From positions 250,294,001-250,358,000 of the forward strand of contig NC_091473.1 in the NCBI RefSeq assembly GCF_036971445.1: a DNA stretch of 64,000 nt, in the 5' to 3' direction. Positions 62,356 to 64,000 of this stretch are shown here, piece by piece. The translations under genes and the position numbers were made by a program. How positions within the stretch are numbered: position 1 is the stretch's first letter; each line of letters opens with the position of its first letter. This DNA is from Narcine bancroftii (Eukaryota). The notes beneath the pieces were generated by a model that did not search any database, was not told the DNA's origin, and saw only the letters and a program-made list of their open reading frames with translations.

Positions 62356-63394
62356 CTGAAAAATGTAAAGTATTGGGTATGGTATCCACTGGCAGCCAAT
62401 CTGAAACTAGATTCTCACAACTAATCAAATGCTGAAATTTCTACTCTCATCTTGTAGAGTACCAATTCCATAATGAAATGCCAATTTTTGAGAAGCTCTG
62501 AAGAACTAATCTCTCGGTAAAATATTATAAAGAGGTACAAAAAAACCTTCTGACAAATAGCAACAAAATGCTCTTTGTGCTACTTTCACCAAAGATTGCT
62601 TTCCAAAACTATAATAGAAAGATTTGGAAAGTAAAGTTTGAGTGTGTGCTGGAATGTAGCAAAAAACTGTGCTTTTTTTTTCTATATTATATATAAACTC
62701 AATTCCTATTCTGGGGAAGTCATCTGAAAGATCCTAAGATTAAATCAAGCTGAACATTCTGGTACAAACCAGATGTTCCTGAGGTGTGCATTTGACTAAT
62801 GCAGCTGGAAGAGAAATTGTAGATCCTCTCCTTTGGAATTGGCTTTGGAGCAGGCAGGGTTAGATTACAGAGTTCCTGGAAATAGAATTTGGATTCCCCA
62901 AATGATAGTTAGGCTATGGCAATCACACCCAAAGGTGATTTGTGCAAATCCAACAGGTTTAATAAAGTGAGTGCTGAAAGAAACAAAGATCAGAGCGTTA
63001 TCTGGATGATAATCAGACAAAGTAGTTAAGTTTATTGGATTAGTATTAGAGGCCCAGTTCATATTTGGACAGGAGTTCAATAAGCAGCCTAGAATATGAA
63101 AGATAGTATTAATAATTATGACCACAAAATATTAGCCTGCAGAAAAAATCAATCCAGTGCACTGATGCTCCTTGAGAAAGTCGAGTGTCATTATCCAGCA
63201 TGAACAACATAGTTTACTACCTTCCAAAATATCCTTGCAATATTATTCAGTTCAAGGGCAATCAAGGATGGCTAAAAAGGCTATACATCTAACAAATGCT
63301 TAAATAAAAACAAGAATTGTCTGGATAGTTAAACTCAATTCACAGGAATTTGATGGCTGCTTCAGGCAGAGGTCTAAACCAGTTGACTACCTAC

Positions 63395-63460
63395 CATGTT
63401 CTGTAGAGGAAATTTCTGCAGGCAGACCAAGCCTCTCCCTTATAGACCTGGGAGGTTGAA
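63395..63460 (-). CDS. ZC3H11A: ZC3H11A exon (VQPPRSIRERLGLPAEISSTEH); the gene continues beyond the window
   Basis: 66 nt, poly-T TAG/GTAGG; S..ERLG motif; phase 1/1. Confidence 0.88.
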
Positions 63461-64000
63461 CTAAAAAAAAAGAGTATATACTTTTATGAGTGAGTCATAC
63501 AAAATAAAAACAAAAAAAGTGTTGATTCCTATACTTTTATTTCTCTCTACACTGCCCCCACCCCCTCCAAATAAATACTCTATAGACACAGACAGAATTT
63601 TATTCAGTAACTCACATTCTGTAGTGGATTGGGTGCTGCGTAATGCACCAGGCAGGATTAAAAAGCTTAGAGAAGGAACTATTCGGGGGCAGTGGTCACA
63701 ATATGATTGAGTTCAATTTGAGATTTAACAAAGAAACTAAAATCAGATGTGTTGGGTGTTATGATGCAACGAGTAACATATGAAATTTGTCCATGCTTGT
63801 TAAACCATACAAAGAATACATCTACTCCAAAATGTATCCAAGTCTGTTGTTTGTAGTGTAAAATTTCACTTGTGTGTAATAAGATACTTTTTAAAAACAA
63901 AGATTTGAATATTTCTGGGGAGGTATTTCAGAGTTGATGGATCACTCATTTTAAATAAAATGTGAAATTATTTTTATTATGACCATTTTGTGATTCTTTT

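Overview
Eukaryotic (vertebrate) genomic DNA, most likely a cartilaginous fish (inferred from the HE1/V-SINE, CR1, Rex/Babar and Penelope repeat mix; the species cannot be fixed from sequence alone). The right third holds two host genes on the - strand in the same order as human 1q32. These are the last eight coding exons of ZC3H11A and a complete five-exon SNRPE (92 aa) whose first intron is U12-type. The left third holds two internally deleted endogenous retroviruses. ERV-A (1782-8043) has a tRNA-Trp PBS and an array of eight T-loop-like hairpins in its leader. ERV-B (10048-17731) has a tRNA-Pro PBS and HERV-I-like genes. ERV-B sits in a CR1 fragment and contains a solo LTR of family A, which itself contains an antisense solo LTR of family B; each of these three nested insertions has a perfect 4-bp TSD. 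The middle holds a 25-bp minisatellite, a 2.9-kb 31-bp satellite with telomere-like hexamers and higher-order periodicity, and L1, RTE, hAT, Chapaev3 and other elements. No CRISPR or prokaryotic system is present. All calls were made by eye; family assignments come from remembered motifs, not database searches.
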